Below, piece after piece: positions 1 through 7,741 of a stretch of DNA of 37,280 bases (its first letter is position 1; every line of letters begins with the position of its first letter). Source of the stretch: Candidatus Aenigmatarchaeota archaeon (GTDB taxonomy: Archaea > Aenigmatarchaeota > Aenigmatarchaeia > GW2011-AR5 > JACRAC01); NCBI GenBank assembly GCA_039091255.1, contig JAWCMQ010000002.1, positions 142,126 through 179,405 on the forward strand. The letters are read 5' to 3'. The position numbers and the translations under genes are program-made. Under the pieces are notes generated by a model that searched no databases, was not told the DNA's origin, and saw only the letters and a list, made by a program, of their open reading frames with translations.

Positions 1-37
1 AGTCGCATGATAGTGATTTGTTTGGAGAAATAAAAAG

Positions 38-54
38 GTGGTGACCTGGCATAG
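38..54. repeat. 17-nt exact copy (GTGGTGACCTGGCATAG) of one end of the 4855-5356 RNA locus, preceded by an A-rich tract
   Basis: Identical to 4855-4871. The upstream gagaaataaaaag resembles tagaaaataaac at 4843-4854. No complementary partner nearby. Confidence 0.6.
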
Positions 55-151
55 ACTCTGCCCAGGAGACAGGCTGGTAACTTGATGCCACATCTATCAA
101 CGACCTACAAGCTTTAAATATTGACACTTATCAATATGTTCGGTGCTTTAG

Positions 152-421
152 ATGAAGGTGTTGAAGTTCGGAGCGGTATGGTGCGCCGGCTGTTTGGTGA
201 TGAAGCCCAGATGGCAGGAAATCGAAAAAGAAAATCCGTGGCTTGAGACGGAATACTATGATTTCGACAAAGACAAAGAAGCCGTGGAAAAGTGGCACGT
301 CGACAAGAACCTTCCGACATTTGTATTTTTGGACAAGAATGGCAATGAGTTTCTCCGGCTCCATGGCGAGGTTCCGAAAGAAAAACTTCTGGAGATAATA
401 AATGAAAACAAGAGTAAGTGA
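152..421 (+). CDS. small thioredoxin-fold protein (WCAGC active site)
   Basis: 89-aa ORF with a W-C-A-G-C CxxC motif near the N-terminus and a thioredoxin-like length. TTTAAATA box ~30 nt upstream (113-121). Confidence 0.8.
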   Translation: MKVLKFGAVWCAGCLVMKPRWQEIEKENPWLETEYYDFDKDKEAVEKWHVDKNLPTFVFLDKNGNEFLRLHGEVPKEKLLEIINENKSK

Positions 422-433
422 GATGTCGGTTCT

Positions 434-754
434 GTGAAAACGGAAGATGAGTTAGAAAACTCTTTGGAGATTCTAAACGCTCTGGCGGATGAAACGCGGC
501 TCAAAATAATAGATTTTCTTCTCGACGGCGAGAAATGCGTCTGCGAGATATTCCCGCACGTCAAAAGAACGCAATCCACGGTCTCCATTCAACTCGGAAA
601 GTTGGAAAAGTGGGGCATTCTCGAATCGCGGAGAGACGGAAAGCGAATTTTCTACGGAATCAAGGATCGCAGGGTATGCGACATCTTCAAAGCGCTCGGA
701 TATGCCAAAGGCGCGGTCCTGGAAAAGCGCTGCTGCACGGAGAAGATAAAATGA
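434..754 (+). CDS. ArsR/SmtB-family winged-helix transcriptional regulator
   Basis: LNALADETRLKIIDFL...CVCEI...TVSIQLGKLEKWGIL is a typical ArsR HTH with a CVC metal/metalloid site. GTG start. Confidence 0.85.
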   Translation: MKTEDELENSLEILNALADETRLKIIDFLLDGEKCVCEIFPHVKRTQSTVSIQLGKLEKWGILESRRDGKRIFYGIKDRRVCDIFKALGYAKGAVLEKRCCTEKIK

Positions 755-1890
755 GACCACACGCGTTTCTTGCGGTTATGCTTGCTGCTCTATTGGTCTT
801 CCAAGGCGCAGCTTTGGCAGATTCATCCCAAACTCCGGAAGTGAAATTTTTCTACAGCAGCACCTGTCCGCATTGCGCTGCGGAAAAGGCGTTTTTGGAC
901 AAGATAAAAATTGATTATCCGAACGTAGCATTCAGATATTTTTCGATTGAAGATAGCAACAATGTTAATAGGTTATTCGAATTATATCGGCAATACGATG
1001 TTCAGTCATTTGAGCAAGGCGCCGTGCCGATAACATTCATAGGCGACGACTATTTTGTCGGCTTTAACGAAGCGATAGGGCAAAGCATCAAAGAGTCGAT
1101 CCTCAGGCAATTCCCGCCAGCGACCGAGCCTCAGCCAAAGGAAGAGTTCGAATACAAATGGCCTGTTGTCGACAGCATAGACATAGAGGCGTACTCTCTG
1201 CCAGCCCTCGCAGTCACGCTGGGCGTCCTCGACGGCTTCAACGTCTGTTCGCTCGGGGCGATAATACTTATCCTGAGCATGGTCTTGGCTTTGAAATCAA
1301 GGCGACTGACACTGCTTGCAGGCGGAATCTTCATTCTGGTCACCGTGATAGTTTACGGTATATTGATTCTGTTCTGGCACGGATTGTTTTCGCTACTGGC
1401 GCCGTGGACAAAGCTCATGCAGATCGTCGTCGGCCTGCTCATGATAGGCGGAGCTTTGTATTTCGTCAAGGAATTTTTCAGGATAAGGAAATACGGTGCC
1501 GAATGCTCCGTAAGCAAGGGTAAGATATATTCTAAGGCGGCAAGTTGGCTTGAAAAGCTGTTCACAAACCCGAGAAACCTGCTTGTTTTAGCGGGCGGTG
1601 TAATGCTGTTCGCAGCCGTTATAACAATCGTGGAATTCCCGTGCTCTGCCGTAGTTCCGCTTGTTTTTGCCGGAGTCTTGGCGAAAGCCCAGTTATCCGT
1701 GATAGGAACGTTGCTATATCTCGGCATTTACCTTCTGTTCTACATGCTGGACGAAATCGTTGTTTTCCTCGTCGCGGTATTCAGCATGAAACTCTGGGTC
1801 GCTTCGCCGAGATTTTTGACGTGGATATACCTCATCGCTGCAATCGTCTTGGTTGCTCTGGGCATATCCTATGTAATTGGTATGGTGTAA
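751..1890 (+). CDS. membrane thiol:disulfide oxidoreductase: signal peptide + thioredoxin-like domain (CPHC) fused to a CcdA/DsbD-like multi-pass domain
   Basis: ATG at 751 overlaps the arsR stop (ATGA). MRPHAFLAVMLAALLVF signal, STCPHCAAEK motif, then ~6 TM segments with membrane Cys (FNVCSLG, EFPCSAV). The longer 535 start of the ORF track overlaps arsR and is rejected. Confidence 0.75.
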   Translation: MRPHAFLAVMLAALLVFQGAALADSSQTPEVKFFYSSTCPHCAAEKAFLDKIKIDYPNVAFRYFSIEDSNNVNRLFELYRQYDVQSFEQGAVPITFIGDDYFVGFNEAIGQSIKESILRQFPPATEPQPKEEFEYKWPVVDSIDIEAYSLPALAVTLGVLDGFNVCSLGAIILILSMVLALKSRRLTLLAGGIFILVTVIVYGILILFWHGLFSLLAPWTKLMQIVVGLLMIGGALYFVKEFFRIRKYGAECSVSKGKIYSKAASWLEKLFTNPRNLLVLAGGVMLFAAVITIVEFPCSAVVPLVFAGVLAKAQLSVIGTLLYLGIYLLFYMLDEIVVFLVAVFSMKLWVASPRFLTWIYLIAAIVLVALGISYVIGMV

Positions 1891-1893
1891 GAA

Positions 1894-2121
1894 ATGAAAA
1901 TCGAAATCCTAGGATCGGGCTGCGCAAAGTGCAAGCAACTTGAAGCCAATGCGCGAAAAGCGATGGAAGAGCTGAAAGTCGGCGCAACAGTGGAAAAAGT
2001 CACCGACATCTCGAAAATAATCGAAAAGGTTTCCCTGACGCCTGCGATCGTTATCGACGGAAAGGTCAAGGCAGAAGGGCGAGTGCCTACTGCCGAAGAA
2101 ATAAAGAAATGGTTGAAATAA
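1894..2121 (+). CDS. small thioredoxin-family protein (redox-active disulfide protein 2 type, GCAKC)
   Basis: 75 aa, MKIEILGSGCAKC...PAIVIDGKV, typical of the thioredoxin_3-type proteins found next to ArsR and permease genes. Confidence 0.8.
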   Translation: MKIEILGSGCAKCKQLEANARKAMEELKVGATVEKVTDISKIIEKVSLTPAIVIDGKVKAEGRVPTAEEIKKWLK

Positions 2122-2424
2122 ATGACGAAAATCAAGACATGGTTCGTTTACGAGAACGTCGTCAAGAAAGGGAAATTTAGCGACCTTACGAAAAAGACCA
2201 TAAAAATAATACGCGACCTCGAAAAATCATACAGCAAAAATATGTTTGATCTAAGGTCAATAGAATACACGAGATTCCTTGCTGAATCGAATAAAGAAGT
2301 GTGCCTAAGCAAAGACGAACTTCCCGCGACGCTCATCAACGAAAAGGTCGTTTTCACGAAAAAACTGCCGTCTGTCCGAGATTTGAAACGAGAAGTCGAA
2401 TGGACGATGACTGGTAAGAAGTGA
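2122..2424 (+). CDS. hypothetical protein (100 aa)
   Basis: ORF tightly packed between neighbouring genes (starts right after the 2121 stop). No motif recognised. Confidence 0.45.
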   Translation: MTKIKTWFVYENVVKKGKFSDLTKKTIKIIRDLEKSYSKNMFDLRSIEYTRFLAESNKEVCLSKDELPATLINEKVVFTKKLPSVRDLKREVEWTMTGKK

Positions 2425-2762
2425 TTGAAATGGAACAGGGTGAAAAAAGATTCACGGAATGGCATGGAATACCCAGAGAGAAAATAGACTGGCATCCCAC
2501 GATTGACGAAAGCAAGTGCATCGGCTGCGGCATGTGCGCGGCAGGCTGCGGCAGGAACGTTTACGATTTCGACTTTGACAAAAACAAACCAGTCGTCGCC
2601 AGACCGCTGAATTGTTTGGTCGGGTGCACGACCTGCCAGGTAACTTGCTTACAGGACGCGATAAGCTTCCCGGACAAGCATAGTATCAGAAACTTAATCA
2701 AGGAAAAGGGTTTGTTAGCTGTTGCAAAGAAAGAGCTTCTCGAGAAATTAGGAAGGCGATGA
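2421..2762 (+). CDS. 4Fe-4S ferredoxin-domain protein
   Basis: CIGCGMCAAGC and CLVGCTTCQVTC cysteine motifs. Overlaps the upstream stop by 4 nt. An alternative ATG lies at 2430. Confidence 0.75.
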   Translation: MIEMEQGEKRFTEWHGIPREKIDWHPTIDESKCIGCGMCAAGCGRNVYDFDFDKNKPVVARPLNCLVGCTTCQVTCLQDAISFPDKHSIRNLIKEKGLLAVAKKELLEKLGRR

Positions 2763-2838
2763 TACGATAATCACCGACGTTCTGACCGCTGGAATAGGCG
2801 CACTGGGCGAATATCTTTCCGCTCACGTAATCACATGC

Positions 2839-3804
2839 TTGGTGCCGGCGTTGTTCATTTCAGGAGCGATTGCCGTCTTTCTGCACAAAGAAACCGTCCT
2901 CAAGTATCTCGGACCGAACACGAAAAAGCACATTTCATACGGATTTGCATCAATATCCGGGGCGATATTAGCCGTTTGTTCCTGCACCGTGCTGCCGCTT
3001 TTTGCTGGCATAAAAAGGCGCGGCGCAGGCCTTGGTCCTGCGATAACCTTTCTGTTCGCTGGCCCCGCGATAAACGTCCTTGCAATAATCTATACGGCTC
3101 AGGTCTTGGGTTTTACGATAGGACTGGCGCGGGCAATTCTGGCAATATCGTTATCGATAATACTCGGTTTCACTATGCATAAAATCTTCCAGAGAAAGGC
3201 CGTCGAAGACGGTGCGACTTTTTCAGACATCATAACACCGCACGGAAAATCAAAACCGGTCATATTGTCGTTCTTTGCGCTGCTCATCGCAATGCTCGTC
3301 ATCAACGGGCTGCAGATTGATATAATCGCAAAACTGGCGGTGTTCGCTGCACTGCTCGTATCGCTGCTGCTGCTGCTGAAATCACGGTTCGAAAGACCCG
3401 AACTTAAGGAATGGGCAAAAGAGACGCTGTCGATAACCAGGCTTATAATCCCATACCTGCTCATCGGCGTGTTCATCGCAGGCATGGTCGGATATCTTTT
3501 ACCGCAGGAAATCGTGGAAGCATATCTTGGCGGAAACGGTTTGCTTTCGAATTTCGTTGCGTCAGTATTCGGCGCATTCATGTATTTTGCAACGCTCACG
3601 GAAGTTCCGATTATATCCGAACTCATGAAGCTCGGCATGGGCAGCGGTCCTGCTCTTGCTCTGCTGCTTGCAGGCCCCAGCCTAAGCCTGCCCAACATGC
3701 TCGTGATAAGAAAAGTGCTCGGCACGAAGCAAACAGCCGTTTATGTCTGTCTTGTAATCTTATTCTCCACGATCACCGGATTTGTTTTCGGAAATATCGT
3801 TTGA
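2839..3804 (+). CDS. multi-pass permease (ArsP/YraQ-like, COG0701 type)
   Basis: About 8 TM segments, AVCSCTVLP motif, GPALALLLAGPSLSLPN repeat typical of this permease family. TTG start as given by the ORF track. The in-frame sequence upstream (2764-2838) still looks like part of the protein. Confidence 0.75.
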   Translation: MVPALFISGAIAVFLHKETVLKYLGPNTKKHISYGFASISGAILAVCSCTVLPLFAGIKRRGAGLGPAITFLFAGPAINVLAIIYTAQVLGFTIGLARAILAISLSIILGFTMHKIFQRKAVEDGATFSDIITPHGKSKPVILSFFALLIAMLVINGLQIDIIAKLAVFAALLVSLLLLLKSRFERPELKEWAKETLSITRLIIPYLLIGVFIAGMVGYLLPQEIVEAYLGGNGLLSNFVASVFGAFMYFATLTEVPIISELMKLGMGSGPALALLLAGPSLSLPNMLVIRKVLGTKQTAVYVCLVILFSTITGFVFGNIV

Positions 3805-4254
3805 TTAGATTATTTTCATCCTCGCCATGGCAGCTCCGCATTTCGGGCATTTGAGCGAATAACATGGCACACCGCGCTCATGCGCAACGTGCGCGCCGCA
3901 TTTCGGGCATTCGCATTCGCCGCCTGGCCCTGCTCCGCGACCCATCATCCTTTTCATCTTTCCAACTACCATATACGGACCGCCTTCTATTCTTATCGCC
4001 TTGCCGTTGGCCAGAGCATCGGCTATCTTTTTTCTCGCAGACAAGAGCAGTCGATGAAAAGTCGGCTGAGAAATCTTCATTTTTCTAGCTGCGTCTTCCT
4101 GCTCAAGGCCTTCCAAATCCTTCAGCCGAACAGCTTCGAATTCATCGACCGTCAAGATGGATTCATCTAGCTCGGCGAGCCTGATTCCAGCCGGCTTGAA
4201 ATACGTCACGCGCGGCTCGAATTCCACCTTTCGGAAAAGCCTCGGTCTCGGCAC
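3805..4254 (-). CDS. DUF134 (UPF0251) DNA-binding protein with C-terminal double CPKCG zinc ribbon
   Basis: MPRPR..KV.FEP.V.YFKP.G...L...LT.DE.EA.RL.D..GL.Q..AA..M.ISQPTF.R.L..AR.K.A is the DUF134 signature. GTG start overlaps the upstream stop by 1 nt. Confidence 0.8.
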   Translation of the reverse strand: MPRPRLFRKVEFEPRVTYFKPAGIRLAELDESILTVDEFEAVRLKDLEGLEQEDAARKMKISQPTFHRLLLSARKKIADALANGKAIRIEGGPYMVVGKMKRMMGRGAGPGGECECPKCGAHVAHERGVPCYSLKCPKCGAAMARMKII

Positions 4255-4520
4255 TATTTCAGCTCCTTAAGCCTTTTTGCCAGTTCCTGCTTTTCGGTCT
4301 CAAGCTGCTTTAGCTCAGCTTCCAGTATCTTCTTTTGTTCTTCCTTGGTCAAAGCTGCGGGCTCTGCAAATGGAAACGCTTGCTGGCACCTCCATCCAAA
4401 TCCTCTTCCAAAGCCTCTGCCAAACCCGCGGCCAAACGCAAGCCCGCGTCCGCAAGGCCCAAGCCCTCGTCCAGTCAAAGGTCCGCGTCCCATTGGTCCT
4501 GTGCCATCTCCGCCTGGCAT
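4254..4520 (-). CDS. DUF5320-like Gly/Arg-rich protein with C-terminal coiled coil
   Basis: [19 protein letters not shown]...[13 protein letters not shown] then [17 protein letters not shown]. This is the usual partner of DUF134 genes. ATG at 4520 preferred over the upstream GTG at 4535. Confidence 0.7.
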   Translation of the reverse strand: MPGGDGTGPMGRGPLTGRGLGPCGRGLAFGRGFGRGFGRGFGWRCQQAFPFAEPAALTKEEQKKILEAELKQLETEKQELAKRLKELK

Positions 4521-4599
4521 GTTTTTCACCCCCATGTTATGAATACATATTCATAATCTATTTGAGGCTTCGGAGTGCAGGAAAGTGACGCGAGGATGC

Positions 4600-4809
4600 T
4601 TACTTCTTTTCGCCAGCGTGATGGTACCAGAGAACTGCGCCAGCGAGAAACGTCGCGATTCCCAGAAATCTCTGGGCCGTTATCAGCGTTTCTCCAGCAA
4701 GATAGTACGTGCTTCCAAGAACCAGAAGCCCGAACAGCACCACCAAAGCCGCCATCGGCTTGGCTATGTGCCAACCTTTATGCTCTTTGCGTTTTGCTTT
4801 TCGCGCCAT
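4600..4809 (-). CDS. small two-TM membrane protein (69 aa)
   Basis: Internal ATG (MARKAKRKEHKGW...) followed by two hydrophobic helices. The longer ORF-track start (4959) would run into the RNA locus. Confidence 0.45.
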   Translation of the reverse strand: MARKAKRKEHKGWHIAKPMAALVVLFGLLVLGSTYYLAGETLITAQRFLGIATFLAGAVLWYHHAGEKK

Positions 4810-4854
4810 ACTTTCTATTCCGATTCCAAGTAAATAAAGGTTTAGAAAATAAAC

Positions 4855-5356
4855 GTGGTGACCTGGCATAGCCCGTCTTATGTAAGCCCTTTTGCTAGCG
4901 CAAAAGCGCTTGCGGAAAAGGAGCGTGTCCCGCTTCCTTTCAAAAGGGCCTTGCAACATTTGTCTAAGCGCTACGTTGATATTCTAACCGCTCTTGTCAC
5001 GATAGCCGCTCATGCCAAAGCGAGAGCGGCTATTGTTGCAAAAGCGGCCGAAATCCCAACCCTCTTGCACCCGCGCGTGCCGGACCCGTTTCAACTTATC
5101 ATAACTGCGAAGCGGCTATTCGTAGAATAACCGCTGAGCAGCTATATGCAACGTCATTCATGCGTCGGTTGCTAAGTGCGTTTCTGTGATCCGGCAACAG
5201 ACTCTCGCCCGTAACCTTAACGGATCGCGCTTTTGCAGGTGCTAATCTAACCGTCCGCCTTTACGCGAACGCGGTTATTTCACATTCCTGCAGAGTGGAC
5301 AGAGCTTCCTCAGCGCTGCTGTTACGCAGAACCGAAGTTGCAGCTCAGGTCACCAC
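4855..5356. ncRNA. ~500-nt structured RNA locus closed by a 12-bp terminal helix; identity and strand unresolved (5S-like motifs on +, RNase P-like motifs on -)
   Basis: 4855-4865 gtggtgacctg is the exact complement of 5346-5356 caggtcaccac. There is no credible ORF. The locus contains one family-A module (4884-4921) and the same hairpin modules as the rRNA spacers. TATA-like boxes lie on both sides (4831-4838 for +, ~5380-5388 for -). Confidence 0.6.
4884..4921 (+). repeat. family-A module copy (only copy in plus orientation)
   Basis: aagcccttttgctagcgcaaaagcgcttgcggaaaagg. AAGC...GCTT outer pairs, CTTTTGC/GCAAAAG hairpin, GCGGAAAAG tail. Confidence 0.85.
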
Positions 5357-5425
5357 TAAATCGAATATCGCCGCAAAGTTAATAAGGTTTGCGAAAACGC
5401 GGCTCTCCAAGAATCTGAGGCGCGG

Positions 5426-5650
5426 CTATCGGTCTTCGAGTATGCGCGATGCGTCGTCCAAAGCGTTCAGCGTCGTCGCCGACTCTTCACTCGCTTGGTT
5501 CGAGCCCATGCGGTACAAAACAAGCTTGCCGCCCTGCTGGCATAACTCAAGATTGTTTCGCTTGAGATAGCTGCCTAAGCCGTTCCTTTTGGTTATTCCG
5601 CGGTCTTTGCAAAGTTCCTCGATGCTTTCATATCGTCCGACAACTTGCAT
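5426..5650 (-). CDS. hypothetical protein (74 aa)
   Basis: ATG-initiated ORF downstream of ogg on the same strand. No motif recognised. Confidence 0.4.
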   Translation of the reverse strand: MQVVGRYESIEELCKDRGITKRNGLGSYLKRNNLELCQQGGKLVLYRMGSNQASEESATTLNALDDASRILEDR

Positions 5651-5754
5651 CCTACGGCTTGGATAGAAGACTTCTTATTTCTTCTTTTTTCCGCATTTCC
5701 CGCACGACATAAAATGCACCTCTCAGTAACCATGGTGAAGCTTCAATTAAAACT

Positions 5755-6384
5755 CTACATTATCTCCTCGTTTCCCGATCGCGACAGCCATATCGCGATG
5801 TCGAGCTCGGCGGGCTTGAGGCCTAACCCGCGGGCGGCTTTGACGAACTTCTTTTCGACGTCCAAATATCTGCGAGGGGTGAGCCCCCCTTTCTCGCCCT
5901 CTTCCTCATTGGTTAGTCCATTTTCGGCAAGCTCTCGCATGATATGCACGTCGAGTATCGCCAGCTCCTCGCCAAGCCCGATGTTTCTGAGGAAATGCGA
6001 TGCCTCCTTGTAGCCGTAGCCCTCCACGTTCTGCACAAGCCAATCGCGCAGCTCGGGCGGCCGTGCATGCATAGCCTGGATTTTGCCGAATATCTCAGAA
6101 AATTTCGCTTGCGCGGCTGCGATATACCTCGCCTTATTTTTAGGAAAGCGTACGCCCGCCAGATGCCCTAATATGTCCTTGTCGCCGGCTGCTTCGAGCA
6201 GGCCGCTTTCTTTCAGCTTATTTATCGCCGCTCTGCATACAGGCGCCTTGCTTTGCGGCGTGCAAAGGCAGAAAAGCAGTTCGAACAGCACGTCGTCGCG
6301 GCTCTGCCACTTGTCCCTTGCAGCCGCGAGCCAGTCGCGTATCAGCTGCTCACGCTTTTGGAATTCTGCGAGAAGTTTGCCCAT
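5755..6384 (-). CDS. ogg: N-glycosylase/DNA lyase, Ogg2-type 8-oxoguanine DNA glycosylase (HhH-GPD)
   Basis: LFCLCTPQSKA...GVRFPNKKA-like...GYGYKEASHFLRNIG...AILDVHI matches the archaeal Ogg (MJ0724-type) pattern. Confidence 0.8.
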   Translation of the reverse strand: MGKLLAEFQKREQLIRDWLAAARDKWQSRDDVLFELLFCLCTPQSKAPVCRAAINKLKESGLLEAAGDKDILGHLAGVRFPKNKARYIAAAQAKFSEIFGKIQAMHARPPELRDWLVQNVEGYGYKEASHFLRNIGLGEELAILDVHIMRELAENGLTNEEEGEKGGLTPRRYLDVEKKFVKAARGLGLKPAELDIAIWLSRSGNEEIM

Positions 6385-6422
6385 CTGTTAAAAAGATGTC
6401 GCAAAGATTAAAACGAGATACG

Positions 6423-6680
6423 CTAAGCAGCCCTGCCGTCTTCGCCGCCGCGAATCGCATTCTTCTTAAGATGTTCGTACATCTTCAGTCCGGCTTCTAC
6501 GGCTTCCGTCCAGAATAGATAGCGGCCTTTGGGTCTCTCATCAAGGGTTGAGCAGACGTCCCATCGGCCATCATCACCTTCGCAAACCCAGATTGCGACG
6601 CTAGGGTACACCTTTTCCCCCATTTTCACGTTCTCGACGTTACCGACGCTATAAACGAACATAACATTCCCTTCTTTCAT
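6423..6680 (-). CDS. hypothetical protein (85 aa)
   Basis: Last gene of a three-gene minus-strand string. No motif recognised. Confidence 0.4.
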   Translation of the reverse strand: MKEGNVMFVYSVGNVENVKMGEKVYPSVAIWVCEGDDGRWDVCSTLDERPKGRYLFWTEAVEAGLKMYEHLKKNAIRGGEDGRAA

Positions 6681-6700
6681 CCTTTAGGAAAACAAATATC

Positions 6701-6829
6701 TTAAGCCCTCTTCTCCTTGCCGCACAGGTTGCAGAACGTCAGGCCGTGCGACTGGACCTGCCAGCCGCGAAAGCCGTCTCCGCAATTGTGGCGACCTAGA
6801 GACCATTCTTTTCTCTTTTTAACTGCCAT
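6701..6829 (-). CDS. 42-aa zinc-ribbon-like mini-protein (not in the ORF track)
   Basis: My translation: MAVKKRKEWSLGRHNCGDGFRGWQVQSHGLTFCNLCGKEKRA. It carries three Cys (the NCGDG cysteine plus the CNLC pair) with nearby His as candidate metal ligands. It sits 12 nt after the upstream gene and 20 nt before the next one. Confidence 0.4.
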   Translation of the reverse strand: MAVKKRKEWSLGRHNCGDGFRGWQVQSHGLTFCNLCGKEKRA

Positions 6830-6841
6830 TACAACCACACC

Positions 6842-7108
6842 TCATTGTTTCGTCCGATAACAACTCTCTAACCGCTGAAGGTAACTCTTCGCCTGCCGCG
6901 CGGCCTCGCCAGGGCGACCATAAATCGTTACGTCGAAAAGTACCTTCTCGCCTGGCCACAAGCTCAGCCTCTGCAAAGCTTGCTCGCCAGCAACGCAGCG
7001 GTAAGACACGTAGCCTTCGTCAGGGTTTTCCACAACTATCGCTCGCTCGCAAGAAACGAGCGCGCCTTTGGCATGACCGGTTTTTGGGTTAGGCACACCA
7101 AACACCAT
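6842..7108 (-). CDS. hypothetical protein (88 aa)
   Basis: ATG ORF with a CTTTATATC TATA-like box ~35 nt upstream (plus 7137-7146). No motif recognised. Confidence 0.45.
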   Translation of the reverse strand: MVFGVPNPKTGHAKGALVSCERAIVVENPDEGYVSYRCVAGEQALQRLSLWPGEKVLFDVTIYGRPGEAARQAKSYLQRLESCYRTKQ

Positions 7109-7192
7109 TTGTTACTATTCCATAGTAGTAAGTAGATATAAAGATTTTGTATGAATCCAAATATATAGGTTAGGTTATACAAGTGAGCGTCG

Positions 7193-7206
7193 AAAGAAAA
7201 TAAAAT
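7193..7206 (-). terminator. oligo-T terminator of the rRNA operon
   Basis: In sense, CATTTTATTTTCTTT lies immediately after the 3' strand of the 23S processing stem. Confidence 0.55.
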
Positions 7207-7226
7207 GAAGCATCATAGGTCTGGAC
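7205..7226 (-). repeat. 3' strand of the 23S processing stem
   Basis: atgaagcatcataggtctggac is the perfect reverse complement of 11000-11021. Confidence 0.85.
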
Positions 7227-7450
7227 TTCCACTATTCTAACCGCCCGCTTTTACGCGAAAGCGGCTATTTTCAAGCGGTTATTATTCGCGGAACCGCGAC
7301 AGCCGCAGCTGGCGCGTTTTGAAGGCTAGCATTGGTGTAGGAGATAGTGGGCTGAGCGCGTCGCCGAGGCTTCGCGCGTACACCCCTTCTCCATAACGGG
7401 TCGTCTTGCCCGTACCGCATGTCTATTTTTGAGAGCGGCTTAGGCCTTAG

Positions 7451-7523
7451 TTCGGCGGATGCTATGTCATGGCTGCCCATCGCCAATTTCTCGGCGGCAG
7501 CTATTGGTACCGACGTAGCAACC
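7451..7523 (-). other. ~73-nt insertion in the 3'-terminal 23S region
   Basis: It splits the conserved CUGAAGGCAU|CUAAG segment. Removing it restores the consensus. Confidence 0.55.
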
Positions 7524-7741
7524 TATGCCTTCAGGCCTTATCCGCCATGGCGTAGCTACCCGGCGATGCCCTGTCGGACAACCGGTACACCAGAGGCCAC
7601 GAGAGGGTGTTCCTTTCGTACTTGCCCTTTCTTTCTCTCAGACACCAGCACCTTCGGCAGATATAGACCAAACTGGCTCACGCCGTTCTGAACCCAACTA
7701 AGGTGCCCTTTTAATCTGTGGACCCCAGCACCCTTGGCTGC

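Noticed and set aside
535-750. The long N-terminal extension of the 535-1890 ORF.
   Set aside because: It overlaps arsR in another frame and is Arg/Gly/His-rich. An ATG at 751 with an ATGA stop-start overlap is followed by a clean signal peptide.
4810-4959. The N-terminal extension of the 4600-4959 minus ORF.
   Set aside because: It would run into the closing helix and family-A copy of the RNA locus. The internal ATG at 4809 gives a compact two-TM protein.
5651-5754. An 11-aa ORF (MSCGKCGKKKK) and a T-rich tract between ogg and the 74-aa gene.
   Set aside because: The ORF is too short to support. The T-tract is probably just the ogg terminator.
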